Shown here: positions 40,176 through 50,098 of the stretch, in pieces
Numbering within the stretch: the stretch's first letter is position 1
Layout of the letters: every line of letters starts with the position of its first letter
Assembly: GCA_044356455.1 (NCBI GenBank)
Contig: JBIKWF010000003.1
Location: 32,001-96,000, forward strand
Reading direction: 5' to 3'
DNA: 64,000 nt
DNA from: Bdellovibrionota bacterium
GTDB taxonomy: Bacteria; Bdellovibrionota_C; UBA2361; JBGSMV01
Notes under the pieces: generated by a model
Told to the model about the DNA's origin: nothing
Seen by the model: only the letters and a program-made list of their open reading frames with translations
Database searches by the model: none
Translations under genes and position numbers: made by a program

Positions 40176-42476
40176 ATGGCACAAGCAACTACATTTGCAA
40201 AAGCATCGAGAGCCACCTCTCGGACCGCTGGTGCAAAGCATTCGGCGGAAGAGGCGCCTTTTATTCTCTTATGTAGAACAAGATGGGTCTGGGAGCTTCA
40301 AGCCCTCGCTGGACTTCTTATCCTCGTGCTTGCAAGTCGCTTCGCTGTCTTCTCTCAACTCTCTACCCACATCCTTGGGGGCGCGGAGCGTGATGCAGGT
40401 CTGTACCTTTGGCTCGTGGAGCTCCATCAAAAAGCTCTCTTCACCGAACCCTGGTTCAATACTCCTGCGTTTTACCCCTACAGTCTCAGCCTAGGATGGA
40501 GTGATAACTTCCTCCTTCCTAGCCTTGCGCTATGGCCTGCTCTCGCACTCGGCGCCTCGCCAATCGTCTGCTACAACTTACTCCTTCTCCTCGCCCAGCT
40601 CCTTAATGGCTATGCCACACACCAACTTGTCTTCAAGTTGACCGGGAATCGCGCCGCCTCATTTCTTTCAGGAGCTGCCTTTCTCCTTTGCCCTGCGCTT
40701 ACCGCGCACCTTGGTCACCCCCAACTTCAGTTTTTCTTTTTCATACCCTGGGGGCTACTCGCCTTCTTTTCATTTCTCGCCTCCCCCTCACTGGTCCGAG
40801 GGATAACTCTCTCGCTCGTGGTTGTTGGCGCGTTTCTTACCACTGTCTACTACTCAGTTTTTCTTTGCTTGCTAATCCTCATTCTTACGATTGGCATAGC
40901 CGCCCTTAGGCCCAAGAGAATACTGAAGCAAGTAACCGCTCCCGGACTAGGAGGCTTACTTCTCGGCGCGCTTCCCCTGCTACCTTTCCTTCCGCCCTAC
41001 CTTGCAGTTCAAGGAACCTTTGGCGAGCGCTTTTTGCATGAGCCCTTTTTCTTTTCCGCAAATGCACTCTCATTTGTGGCAAGCTCTCCTTTTAGCCTTC
41101 TTTTAAGTGCAACATCTTCCTTGAGCCACTCAGAGGCTCAGCTCTATGGAAGCATTGCGCTCTGCCTACTCTTTGTTCTTGGACTCACCCAGGCCTTTGC
41201 TACGAAACATCTCGTTAACCAGGCAATTGCGGTCGGCGCTTCACTTCTTCTCACCCTCATTGCCTCTGTGCCCTCGCTCACGCCTCTCTCACCTCTCACC
41301 ACCGATTTTATTTGCGCCATCGGAACGTGGTGCAGCGCGGTTGCCATCATTTGGTTCCTTGTTTCCCTAGGAAGACTCGAAAGAGTAAGTGCGACTACCT
41401 TTCTTAGTAATAGAGCTCTGCTTGCTCTTTTCGGAGCAGCTGCGCTTATTCTTCTTCTTATTTCGTTCGGCCCACGCGGCTATTCTGAGGCCGGCCCCGC
41501 GATTGCCCTGTACCGCTTCTGGTACGAAGTCATGCCTGGATTTAGCGCGGCGCGTGCCGTAGGGCGCCTCGGATTGGTCGTGATCTTCCTCTTTTATGTG
41601 GGCGCAGGCTTAAGCTTTGCCTTCTTGCAGCGGAGAACCAACTTCCCCTCCGGCGTTGCAGTTATCCTTCTCGCCATTGTGTCGTTTGAGAGTACTGTTC
41701 GCGACTATCCCCTTGAAGAACCTCCTGCGCCCCCTCAGATCTTTGATGAAGCTGCGCTGCGGGTAAAGCCGGGAGAGTCTCTTGTCGTACTCCCCTTCTC
41801 CGGCTCTTTGACGGAAGACCGGCAGGTAAAGAGTTGGAGTGAATTTGCTCGCCTGCAAGTTAACGCCATGCGCTGGGCACTGCCAAAGAATCTGAGAATA
41901 GTGAACGGATATAGCGGCCAGAGAACAAAACTCATGCGCGAATGGCCAGGGCGTCTGGCGAATTTTCCCTCTGCAGAAGCGCTTAAAAGTTTGTCTGAGC
42001 TTGTAGGGCTTAGGTTTGTTATCGTCCTCCGCCGCTATATGTCGCCCGACGCACTCACGTCTCTGGATGAGCGGCTCACTGAGTTTGGAAGTTCACTAAG
42101 AAAAGTTGCTACCGATCCTGAGGGAAACATTCTCATTGAGTATATCGGCACCCGAGTGCTCGATACCGACGGGGCTATTTTGCTTGCACCGAGTTACCCG
42201 TCTGGCGTCGTAACGTTGGAGCTGTCTGCCGTGCCAGTTGCTGGCCTCAAAGAACTCACGGTAATCGTGCGAAATCTCGAAGATCCGATCGCTCCTCCAC
42301 TTTCAAAGTTCCCACTTCCAACCAATGGGTCTTGGCAAGAGAAATCATTTCGTATCGGCAATGACTCGTATGCGGTGAGTCCCATTCGAATTGGGATAAA
42401 AGTCGAGGGGGATCTCCCGCCACTTCGATCGATATATATAAGGCGCAGTGTCTATGAAAATGGAGCAGCGCAGTAG
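40176..42476 (+). CDS. Polytopic membrane protein, GT-C/YfhO-like glycosyltransferase
   Basis: D..LYLW, FYPY..SLGWSD, HLGHPQ, PGFSAARAVGR, IVNGYSG; many TMs followed by a periplasmic tail; ORF track starts at 40071. Confidence 0.75.
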   Translation: MAQATTFAKASRATSRTAGAKHSAEEAPFILLCRTRWVWELQALAGLLILVLASRFAVFSQLSTHILGGAERDAGLYLWLVELHQKALFTEPWFNTPAFYPYSLSLGWSDNFLLPSLALWPALALGASPIVCYNLLLLLAQLLNGYATHQLVFKLTGNRAASFLSGAAFLLCPALTAHLGHPQLQFFFFIPWGLLAFFSFLASPSLVRGITLSLVVVGAFLTTVYYSVFLCLLILILTIGIAALRPKRILKQVTAPGLGGLLLGALPLLPFLPPYLAVQGTFGERFLHEPFFFSANALSFVASSPFSLLLSATSSLSHSEAQLYGSIALCLLFVLGLTQAFATKHLVNQAIAVGASLLLTLIASVPSLTPLSPLTTDFICAIGTWCSAVAIIWFLVSLGRLERVSATTFLSNRALLALFGAAALILLLISFGPRGYSEAGPAIALYRFWYEVMPGFSAARAVGRLGLVVIFLFYVGAGLSFAFLQRRTNFPSGVAVILLAIVSFESTVRDYPLEEPPAPPQIFDEAALRVKPGESLVVLPFSGSLTEDRQVKSWSEFARLQVNAMRWALPKNLRIVNGYSGQRTKLMREWPGRLANFPSAEALKSLSELVGLRFVIVLRRYMSPDALTSLDERLTEFGSSLRKVATDPEGNILIEYIGTRVLDTDGAILLAPSYPSGVVTLELSAVPVAGLKELTVIVRNLEDPIAPPLSKFPLPTNGSWQEKSFRIGNDSYAVSPIRIGIKVEGDLPPLRSIYIRRSVYENGAAQ

Positions 42477-42496
42477 GAGCGCCCATCGAGGTGCAA

Positions 42497-42814
42497 CTAC
42501 GCAGCCTTTTGGCGTTTCCCTGAATCCCGCTTTTCCGGAGCTACCGAGAGCTTAAGACCAAATATTTTCAAGATTCGGTTCAAGCTCGATAGAGTGGGAT
42601 TGTGTGATGGATTGATGGTGCGATGTACGTTAGATGACGCCATCCGCGCCTTAGCTGCAAATTCCTTTAAGCCATAGGCGCGTACTGCTTTCGCGAGTAC
42701 CCTTTGAAGAGGGAGCCCATCGGCAATTGCAGCCAATATGAACTCTCGAGCGATCTCTGGTTTTTTAAGATCCTGGGCAAGCCCTTCGTTCCAATCAGCG
42801 GTTCTACGTGCCAT
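42497..42814 (-). CDS. HTH antitoxin (addiction-module antidote type)
   Basis: LKKPEIAREFI, HTH region, NPTLSSLNRILKIFGLKL; overlaps the toxin 3' end. Confidence 0.85.
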   Translation of the reverse strand: MARRTADWNEGLAQDLKKPEIAREFILAAIADGLPLQRVLAKAVRAYGLKEFAAKARMASSNVHRTINPSHNPTLSSLNRILKIFGLKLSVAPEKRDSGKRQKAA

Positions 42815-43145
42815 TCGATCTTCTCTCCTGATATGCTAACCAATAGCGACGTGCCTGGATAATATCCCTTCGTTGGCTTCGCTTGTCGCCTCCACAAAGT
42901 AACAAGACGAGTAGTTTGCCGCGCCTTCCGAAGTAAACCCGAATACCTGGCCCCGAATGGAAGCGGAACTCCTGCACTCCATGCCCTACGGGGCGGGTAT
43001 CACCAAGATTTCCCATCTCGGCTCTTAGTAGTCTGGCATGAACCTGCGCAACTACTTGTGGGTGCTGGGCGCTTAGCCAATCTCGAAAAGGGTTAAAACC
43101 CTCTGGCGTGACATATTCACGAATGCTCAACTCATTAATTATCAT
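42804..43145 (-). CDS. RelE/ParE (HigB-like) toxin
   Basis: PFRDWL, GNLGDTRPVG.GVQEFR..GPGIRVYF, LLLCGGDKRSQRRDI. Confidence 0.92.
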   Translation of the reverse strand: MIINELSIREYVTPEGFNPFRDWLSAQHPQVVAQVHARLLRAEMGNLGDTRPVGHGVQEFRFHSGPGIRVYFGRRGKLLVLLLCGGDKRSQRRDIIQARRYWLAYQERRSNGT

Positions 43146-43252
43146 ATTTGATAAGTTTTGTGAAGAACTCCCGAATTGGCCGATTGAGACCCATGGTTAT
43201 CGTGGCTTTCGCTAGAGAGTTTCGTGCAGAGACCCCACAGGCCTGACCCTGC

Positions 43253-43376
43253 GGGGACACCCAGTCAATGGTGGGCCGCCCTTCCGGCACACCGATCGTT
43301 GCTTGGTAATTTCAGTGGGTTAGCCAGGGCAACGACGGCTGAGGCTTGGGGACCTTGGCGGAATGTGGGTGTCCCC
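43253..43376. repeat. Nested inverted repeat (REP-like or structured element)
   Basis: GGGGACACCCA (43253-43263) / TGGGTGTCCCC (43366-43376) enclose the hairpin TCGTTGC...GCAACGA (43296-43335). Confidence 0.6.
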
Positions 43377-43550
43377 ACCTATTCCTATAAGAGTGTCGGC
43401 GCCAATACCGCTCAAAGGACAAGTGCGCCATCAGCATTATCCTATAGATTTCAGATGCTTATGCACAGGCACGCGCCATTGCCTATCATTTTATATAGCC
43501 ATTTTATAAAATGCGTTGCATTTTCGCTAATGACTGAATAAAATGCACGA

Positions 43551-44801
43551 ATGAATCTTCAGAAGCTTGTCGAGATGAGCGAACTCGCGAAGCAGTTCGG
43601 CGGTCAGTCCAATCGTCGACGAGACCTATTTCCCCGCTTGCTTGCTCACCGAGACCGCACATTTCCAGCACTCCTGGGTCCACGCGGCGTGGGGAAAACC
43701 ATTCTGCTGAAACAGCTGCATGCTGCCAGCGCCGACTCCATCTATATATCCGTCGATACACTAGATCGTGAAGTGGATCTGTTTGAGATAATTCGGCAAC
43801 TGAGCTCCGAGTTCCGGTTCAAGCGATTCTTCCTTGATGAAGTTCACTTTCTTCCTACTATCAATCAACACCTGAAAATGATCTTCGACACCCTTTCCGT
43901 CGAGGTCACGTTCACGAGTTCGATCGCGCTCAAATTAGTAGAGTCAGCCTACGATCTTTCTCGTCGTGTAAAATTAGTATCCGTCCCCCCATTTTCGTAT
44001 CGCGAATTCCTCTCATTTAATGGCTACCATGTCCCTGCGCCGCTCTCGTGGCCTGAATTGATGCGAGCAGAGTTTGGATCCGAGCATATCGCAGGGGGCG
44101 CTCGATTTCGGGAGTATCTACGTGGGAAAAATTATCCGCTGAGCTTAGATGTGACTGATGTCCTTGGGACGCTTCGTTCAGTGCTACAAAAAATTATTAG
44201 CTCCGACATTCCAGTTCTTCAGAACGTTCAGGTGAGCGAATTGGCACTAATAGAAAAAACTTTTCAGTTTATCGCGCGCTCACCGGTCTCCGACATCGGC
44301 CCCTCAAGTGTGAGTAGAAACGTGGGCATTACAAACTACAAAGCCCAGCAGTATTTAAAATTACTAGAGCAGGCCTTTGTGGTTCATCAAGTGTATCCGA
44401 ATGGAACCAACGTCCTGCGCGAGCCAAAGGTCCTGCTAACGCTCCCCTTTCGCTTGCTCGAGCTCGATGAAGCTCGTGCCATTGGTGGCTTGCGAGAGGA
44501 TTTTGCGGTCGAATGCTTGTCCCGAACGGGAATGGCATTCACGTATCTTAAATCTCAACGAGGCGCGAAGACTCCGGACTATCTGGTTTCGCATGGCGCC
44601 GAAACATTCGTCGTAGAGATCGGCGGGGCTGGGAAAACCTCTCAGCAATTCAAGAACTCACCGAAGGATTTTCAGAAAATTATTTTTGCTGACGAGCTCA
44701 GCGCATCGGAGAGTGACGGGGACAACCAAGTCATCCGCAGGCTACCATTATTTATGCTAGGGTATCTCGAATCGCACATACAGAATGAGGGGCACCTCTA
44801 G
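43551..44801 (+). CDS. AAA+ ATPase (AAA_14/DUF4143-like)
   Basis: GPRGVGKT, FFLDEVH, FTSS, DLSRR, PFSYREF; C-terminal PD..VVEIG nuclease-like fold. Confidence 0.85.
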   Translation: MNLQKLVEMSELAKQFGGQSNRRRDLFPRLLAHRDRTFPALLGPRGVGKTILLKQLHAASADSIYISVDTLDREVDLFEIIRQLSSEFRFKRFFLDEVHFLPTINQHLKMIFDTLSVEVTFTSSIALKLVESAYDLSRRVKLVSVPPFSYREFLSFNGYHVPAPLSWPELMRAEFGSEHIAGGARFREYLRGKNYPLSLDVTDVLGTLRSVLQKIISSDIPVLQNVQVSELALIEKTFQFIARSPVSDIGPSSVSRNVGITNYKAQQYLKLLEQAFVVHQVYPNGTNVLREPKVLLTLPFRLLELDEARAIGGLREDFAVECLSRTGMAFTYLKSQRGAKTPDYLVSHGAETFVVEIGGAGKTSQQFKNSPKDFQKIIFADELSASESDGDNQVIRRLPLFMLGYLESHIQNEGHL

Positions 44802-44901
44802 GCAAACTATGAAAAAATCACCCCCGCTTCCTGAAGCTCAGGTCCGCAAGAACGTTGACGCGGCTCCGGATAGAACCGTGGTAAAAAAGCTATCGGTCCT
44901 T

Positions 44902-45963
44902 ATGAAAAAACTCTCGCTCCTTCTTCTTTTTATTTTTCTTTCCCCAGTCTTTACCCTTGCTGATACACAGCCTCTAAAGGTCGGGTTACTACTTCCGCTT
45001 ACCGGACCTGGAGCAACATGGGGCAAGCACCTGCAAAATGGCGCCCGACTCGCAGCGCCCAAGGGATCCTCTTTAGAGCTTATTGTCGAGGACGACCATC
45101 TCGATGCCGCAGCTGCAGTGACTGCTTACAAGAAATTAGCTGCGATAGACCAGGTACGGGCAATTCTTGTCTTTGGCTCGCAGTCGGCGCATGCCGTTGT
45201 TCCGCTTGCCGAACGCGAGAAAATTGCCTCTCTTGTGGTAACTACTGACCCAAAGTCTGTAAAAGATACCACGCATGCGGTACGCCTTGCCCTTGGGGCA
45301 AAACCGCAAGCAGATTCTCTCCTTGGTTATTTAAAGCAACAGGGGCTCACGCGAGTCGCGCTCTTAGGCACTACTCACGAGGCAATGCTGGAGTATCTCA
45401 GTGCAATAACGGCTGCCGCGCCTGGCTATGGAGTTGATATTGTTTTCTCTCAGGATGTGCCCAAGGGAGAAACTGACTTTAGAACCACGACAGAGCGTAT
45501 GCATGCTGCGAAGCCTGACGCAGTAGTGCTCTCGCTCCTTCCTCCTTCCCTCTCCACTTTTGCAAAACAATATAAACTTCGGAACTCGTCGCCACCACTA
45601 TTTGCCTTCGCTCAGGCAGAAAACGCTGATGAAATAAAAGCTGCGGGCGGCGCGCTCGATGGTCTCATCTTCTCAAAGGTAGTCATTTCAGATGAATTCA
45701 CGAAGACATATCTCAAAACCTACGGAGAAACTCCTCAATCTTATGCTGCCTACTCATTCGACCTCATCACCTTGCTTAAGCAGGCTTATGCAAAGTCCGG
45801 AGATGTAGAGCGGGCGATTTCGGCAATGAGAGCGGAGCAAAACTTTTCGGGAGCTTGTGGCACCATCAGTGCGGGATCAAATTTTGCGTTTGAACCTCAG
45901 GCGCAACTCGTGAAGGTTGCGGGAGATACGTTGAGTTTGGTTTCCCAACCTGCCAGCAAATAA
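44902..45963 (+). CDS. Branched-chain amino acid (LivJ-like) periplasmic binding protein
   Basis: Signal peptide from ATG 44902; KVGLLLPLTGP.ATWG, IVEDD, ETDFR, FSGACGTI. Confidence 0.88.
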   Translation: MKKLSLLLLFIFLSPVFTLADTQPLKVGLLLPLTGPGATWGKHLQNGARLAAPKGSSLELIVEDDHLDAAAAVTAYKKLAAIDQVRAILVFGSQSAHAVVPLAEREKIASLVVTTDPKSVKDTTHAVRLALGAKPQADSLLGYLKQQGLTRVALLGTTHEAMLEYLSAITAAAPGYGVDIVFSQDVPKGETDFRTTTERMHAAKPDAVVLSLLPPSLSTFAKQYKLRNSSPPLFAFAQAENADEIKAAGGALDGLIFSKVVISDEFTKTYLKTYGETPQSYAAYSFDLITLLKQAYAKSGDVERAISAMRAEQNFSGACGTISAGSNFAFEPQAQLVKVAGDTLSLVSQPASK

Positions 45964-45985
45964 TGCCGTTATGGGCGTGAGCAGA

Positions 45986-46037
45986 GCGGTTGCGAGGGTC
46001 AGAATTTAGTTCTAAATCCCACTACCTTCGCAACCGC
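45986..46037. terminator. Hairpin between convergent genes
   Basis: GCGGTTGCGAGGGT / ACCTTCGCAACCGC; no clear U-tract. Confidence 0.45.
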
Positions 46038-46058
46038 CGCCTTATCTCTTGCCCTTAA

Positions 46059-46493
46059 TTAACGAGCATCAAAAGTCAATTCGCATCGAATGCCCTCTGG
46101 GTCCTGAACCTGGGCGCCGCTATGCGAAAGCGCAATACGAGCGCCGACACGTGCGACATTATATCCGGAAGCTCGAATCTCTTCTCTCTCTGCTCCTCGC
46201 CCGAACCCAACCGCGAGCTCACTCACGGTCACAAGATCTCCTGCGAGAAAGAGCTCAACATCTAGGCTGACGGGAACTCCAGTCCTATCCATCTTACCCA
46301 GTACTTCCGTCTCCAGCGCGTAGCCTTGAAGATTATCGGAAGAATCGAAAATCGGGTCGAGCTCGACTTCAGCTTCCATTCTGCCATCATCCTCACTGTG
46401 ACATGTCAAAGTAGCAGAGCTGGCAAAAGCCGTTCCAGTTACCAAAAAGATCGATGCGAGAACTCCGAACACATTGCACATAATATTTTTCAT
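46059..46493 (-). CDS. Hypothetical exported protein
   Basis: GGAGG RBS, signal peptide (..VTGTAFA-S), two Cys near the ends of the mature protein. Confidence 0.75.
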   Translation of the reverse strand: MKNIMCNVFGVLASIFLVTGTAFASSATLTCHSEDDGRMEAEVELDPIFDSSDNLQGYALETEVLGKMDRTGVPVSLDVELFLAGDLVTVSELAVGFGRGAEREEIRASGYNVARVGARIALSHSGAQVQDPEGIRCELTFDAR

Positions 46494-46513
46494 AACAGAA
46501 CCTCCAGCTAACC

Positions 46514-46528
46514 TTATAATTATTATAA
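46514..46528. promoter_or_regulatory. 7-1-7 palindrome identical to the PerR-box consensus
   Basis: TTATAAT-T-ATTATAA just upstream of the RBS of 46059..46493; contains TATAAT. Confidence 0.55.
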
Positions 46529-46839
46529 AAATGGGACCGGCACCTCTGCGACAGATACCTACTCAATGAGTTTTCATTGCGGCTCTTGTTTTCAGAGACT
46601 GGAGGGAAGAGATGGCAAGAGCGGTGCCAGGCGCCCGGCTCCCGGGGCGCTCGGAGGTGACCAATAAATTGGTTCCCATTTTTCGGCACCATTAAAACGA
46701 TCTATAAAAATAGCGGCTAAGGCACTGATATTAGAGCTTTTTATATGTTCGACATGATGCCGCTTTGCGGCATTTATTATCGATGCTAGGCGCCGAAAGC
46801 ACAGGCACCCTCCGCAAGGATCCCTCGGCCCACCTCAAA

Positions 46840-48159
46840 TTATAAGGCGTTAAGAAAGCTCAAGAGCTGACTTCGCTCGTTCTTCGAAAGAGCCATAAAG
46901 CGCTCTCGAGAGGATCTTGCCTCTCCATCATGCCAAAGAATTGCTTCTTCGATGCTTCGCGCTCGCCCATCATGCAGATACCGCGGCCGAACTTTAGAGA
47001 CAGTCGAAGAGAATCCAAGCCCCCAAAGAGGCGTCGTCCGCCACTCAAATCCCTTGGCCTCGCCCTCTGGTTTACGGTCCGCAAGTCCTGCGCCCATGTC
47101 ATGGAGCAGAAAATCAGAGAAAGGGTGTATCACCTGATTCTCAAGCTCGGGATGCGATGCGCTACCTGTCGTGTAGGTCATGCGATGACAGTCTTCGCAG
47201 CCTGTCGACACAAAAAGCGCCTGGCCGGCAGCCACTTCAGGAGACGCGAGGCTTCTCGCCTGCGGAACCCCTGCAATTGTCTGATACACGGATAGCCTAT
47301 CAAGTTCCTCGTTCGGCAACTCGACGTCACCATCCTGCTTCTTAAAAAGTTCGGAGGTGACGCCCATATCAAAGAAAAGAGCAGCAGCTGATTGCTGCTC
47401 TACGGTGGGGTGAGCAGCTTTGAAACCAAAGCGCCCTATTGCGAGGGAGCCAGTACGACGATTTGGTACAAAATTGGGCCTCCCTGATATCCCATCTCTA
47501 TTCGCATCCCCGGGATCCGCGCGTTCAAGAATAGCCTCCTCGGGGATAGCCTCAACAAGGCCTGCTCCAATAATCAGCGGACTCATTCGCAAAGAGTTTC
47601 TGACCGTTCTATGCGTATATCCTCGGGCACTGAAACCAAGCCTTGGACTACGCAAGCTATAGCGGGTCCCATCGGGATATTTCCCGCGATGGGTTCGCCA
47701 GCGAAGGGAGACTCGAAAGCGCTCGTCGCGCTTTAATGAATGATTCTGCAGCTGAAATCCAAGGCCGGGAACTTCCTGAGGCGATCCGTCTCGCTTCAAT
47801 TTAGGGAGAGCTATCTTCACAATCATCGGACTCCCCTCGAACACCCCTCGTGGGAACCCCACGGGCCCACGCCCATTGTCGACGTGACATCCTCCGCAAG
47901 AGCGGTTTACAAAAGTTGGGCCAAGACCTTCAGAAGCGAGCACAATTCGGTGGAATGTCGAAAATCCACTCAGCTGCTGAATTCTACGCGCCTGAGAAAC
48001 GACATTGGGCGCAGGGAGCTGAAGGGCAAAACGTCCAGGAAGATCGGTGGTAAGATCGCCGCCAAGCCTCGTAAGATCTTGGGCATACGCTGCTTGCCCA
48101 CTTAGCAGCCGCAGGACCTCGAAGCACACCACGATGAATGACAGGTTCCAGCGCTTCAT
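46840..48159 (-). CDS. Diheme oxidoreductase (DHOR) family protein
   Basis: GLGPTF..SCGGCH, GAGLVEAI, DGISGR, GRFGFKA, GCEDCH, SDFLLHDMG, WRTTPLWG, YLHDGRA. Confidence 0.93.
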   Translation of the reverse strand: MKRWNLSFIVVCFEVLRLLSGQAAYAQDLTRLGGDLTTDLPGRFALQLPAPNVVSQARRIQQLSGFSTFHRIVLASEGLGPTFVNRSCGGCHVDNGRGPVGFPRGVFEGSPMIVKIALPKLKRDGSPQEVPGLGFQLQNHSLKRDERFRVSLRWRTHRGKYPDGTRYSLRSPRLGFSARGYTHRTVRNSLRMSPLIIGAGLVEAIPEEAILERADPGDANRDGISGRPNFVPNRRTGSLAIGRFGFKAAHPTVEQQSAAALFFDMGVTSELFKKQDGDVELPNEELDRLSVYQTIAGVPQARSLASPEVAAGQALFVSTGCEDCHRMTYTTGSASHPELENQVIHPFSDFLLHDMGAGLADRKPEGEAKGFEWRTTPLWGLGFSSTVSKVRPRYLHDGRARSIEEAILWHDGEARSSRERFMALSKNERSQLLSFLNAL

Positions 48160-48445
48160 ACTCTGAGCAGAAATTTTACGCCAAGCCTGCTATAGAAGCG
48201 TACAGTCACTCTCTCACAGAGGTCGTTCCATAAAAGAAACTGCCCCCTCGCTCCCTAAGCTTCGCGCAAAGTAGCACAATTTCAATCCGTTCGCCCGCTT
48301 CTAAGGGAATCGGAGGTTCGAGCTAAGAATAGAGCGCTCCACCGCTGATCCATCTACCCTCTGCTCTCCTACTGCTGCCGTCCAAATAGTTGAAATAGTT
48401 CATCACAAGAGCTAAATCTTTTCCTACCATCACAAAAGGAGACAG

Positions 48446-48997
48446 GTGCCTGGCATCCTTGAGTATTATATTAGCGACCCTCAGTTTTCGGGCTACGCCG
48501 AGGAAATCTCCTCTTTGATTGAGGAGGCGGCCAAGGAGCCTGGCGTCGCACTCGCTCAGCGCTCAGCCGAATACATCCGCGAGAAGCTCATTTCGGGCAA
48601 GGCGGTTCTCTGCCTAGAGCAAACCGCCCAAACAACTCGAGTCGCGGGATTCTGCTACATCGAAACATGGAGCGACGGTCGCTATGTCGCGAACTCAGGT
48701 CTGACCGTAAGGAAAGAGTTCCGCGCCTTTGGTGTGGGAAAGAGGCTTAAGGAAAAAGCCTTTGAACTTTCGCGCGCGAAGTATCCGCAGGCTAAACTCT
48801 TTGGCCTCACCACGAACCCTGCCGTGATGAAAATTAACTCCTCCCTGGGATATCATCCCACCAGTTACCGCGATCTCACTCAAGACGAGCAGTTTTGGGC
48901 TGGCTGCATCACGTGCCCTTATCACGACATTCTTACACGACTTAAGCGAGAAATGTGCCTGTGCACCGCCATGATTTTTGACCCAGAAAAGGATTAA
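48446..48997 (+). CDS. GNAT family N-acetyltransferase
   Basis: AGFCYIETW, YVANSGL.V..EFR..G, FGLTT..AVMKINS.LGY, FWAGC..C...CLCTAM. Confidence 0.85.
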   Translation: MPGILEYYISDPQFSGYAEEISSLIEEAAKEPGVALAQRSAEYIREKLISGKAVLCLEQTAQTTRVAGFCYIETWSDGRYVANSGLTVRKEFRAFGVGKRLKEKAFELSRAKYPQAKLFGLTTNPAVMKINSSLGYHPTSYRDLTQDEQFWAGCITCPYHDILTRLKREMCLCTAMIFDPEKD

Positions 48998-49060
48998 TCT
49001 CTGCAAGATTTTGATTGAATCCATAGTAGAGTGGCTACACAAAGGACTGGAGAACTAGCC

Positions 49061-50041
49061 ATGGAATATCGACGACTCGGGGCCTCAGGCATCAAAGTAA
49101 GCGAGCTCTCTTTCGGCTCTTGGGTCACCTTTGGAAAGCAGATTGATCTTTCCATGGTAATGGAATGCATCAAGACCGCTTATGACGCTGGAATCAACTT
49201 TTTTGATAACGCCGAAGCCTACGCTCTTGGCGAGTCTGAAACATTGATGGGACAAGCCTTCAAGAAACTCGGGTTTCGCCGCAGTTCCTACCTAGTGTCT
49301 TCAAAATTCTTCTGGGGACTTCACCAGGGCCCTAACGAAAAGAACACTCTCAATCGCAAATACCTTCTTGAAGCAATTGACGGGTCACTGAAGCGCCTGC
49401 AGCTGGACCATCTCGACCTAATATTCTGTCATCGCCCAGACCCACAGACGCCAATCGAGGAGACAGTTTGGGCTATGCACGACATTGTCTCAAGCGGGAA
49501 GGCGCTCTACTGGGGCACCTCGGAATGGAGCGCAAAGGAAATTCGAGAGGCATTTGCTGTTGCAGAGAAATACCGCTTGCGAAAGCCGGTCATGGAGCAA
49601 CCCGAATACAATCTCTTCCACAGGCGCCGAGTTGAAGTTGAGTATGCTCCCCTTTTTAGCGAGTTCGGTTTAGGAACTACGATATGGAGCCCGCTTGCTT
49701 CTGGAGTACTGACTGGCAAGTATCTTAAAGGAATGCCGTCTGGGTCTCGCCTTTCTCTCAAGGGCATGGAGTGGCTCAAAGATAAATTTGCTTCGCCGCA
49801 AATTGAGTCCGCGACAAGAGCTTTGCAAGAAATTGCGCTTAAGCTTGAGTGCTCCTTGGCCCAGCTTGCTCTCGCTTGGTGTCTTAAAAACAAAAATGTA
49901 AGCACGGTGATTACGGGTGCGACTGCGGTAGGGCAGCTACAGGAAAATCTAGAAGCCACGAAGATAGTCGCCAAGCTAGATTCCCAAGCGATGTCGGAGA
50001 TTGAAAGAATTCTTTCAGAAACAAAGATTGAGTCTGCCTAA
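49061..50041 (+). CDS. Aldo/keto reductase (Kv-beta-like)
   Basis: [48 protein letters not shown] before ATG 49061. Confidence 0.93.
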   Translation: MEYRRLGASGIKVSELSFGSWVTFGKQIDLSMVMECIKTAYDAGINFFDNAEAYALGESETLMGQAFKKLGFRRSSYLVSSKFFWGLHQGPNEKNTLNRKYLLEAIDGSLKRLQLDHLDLIFCHRPDPQTPIEETVWAMHDIVSSGKALYWGTSEWSAKEIREAFAVAEKYRLRKPVMEQPEYNLFHRRRVEVEYAPLFSEFGLGTTIWSPLASGVLTGKYLKGMPSGSRLSLKGMEWLKDKFASPQIESATRALQEIALKLECSLAQLALAWCLKNKNVSTVITGATAVGQLQENLEATKIVAKLDSQAMSEIERILSETKIESA

Positions 50042-50098
50042 ATGATGCCGTGGGCGGCCGGCCTAGGAGAGTGTCCCGTAGAAACATAAATATTCATA

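Noticed and set aside
43224..43541. 105-aa ORF upstream of the AAA ATPase
   Set aside because: No RBS or motif; it runs through the inverted-repeat element and the probable promoter.
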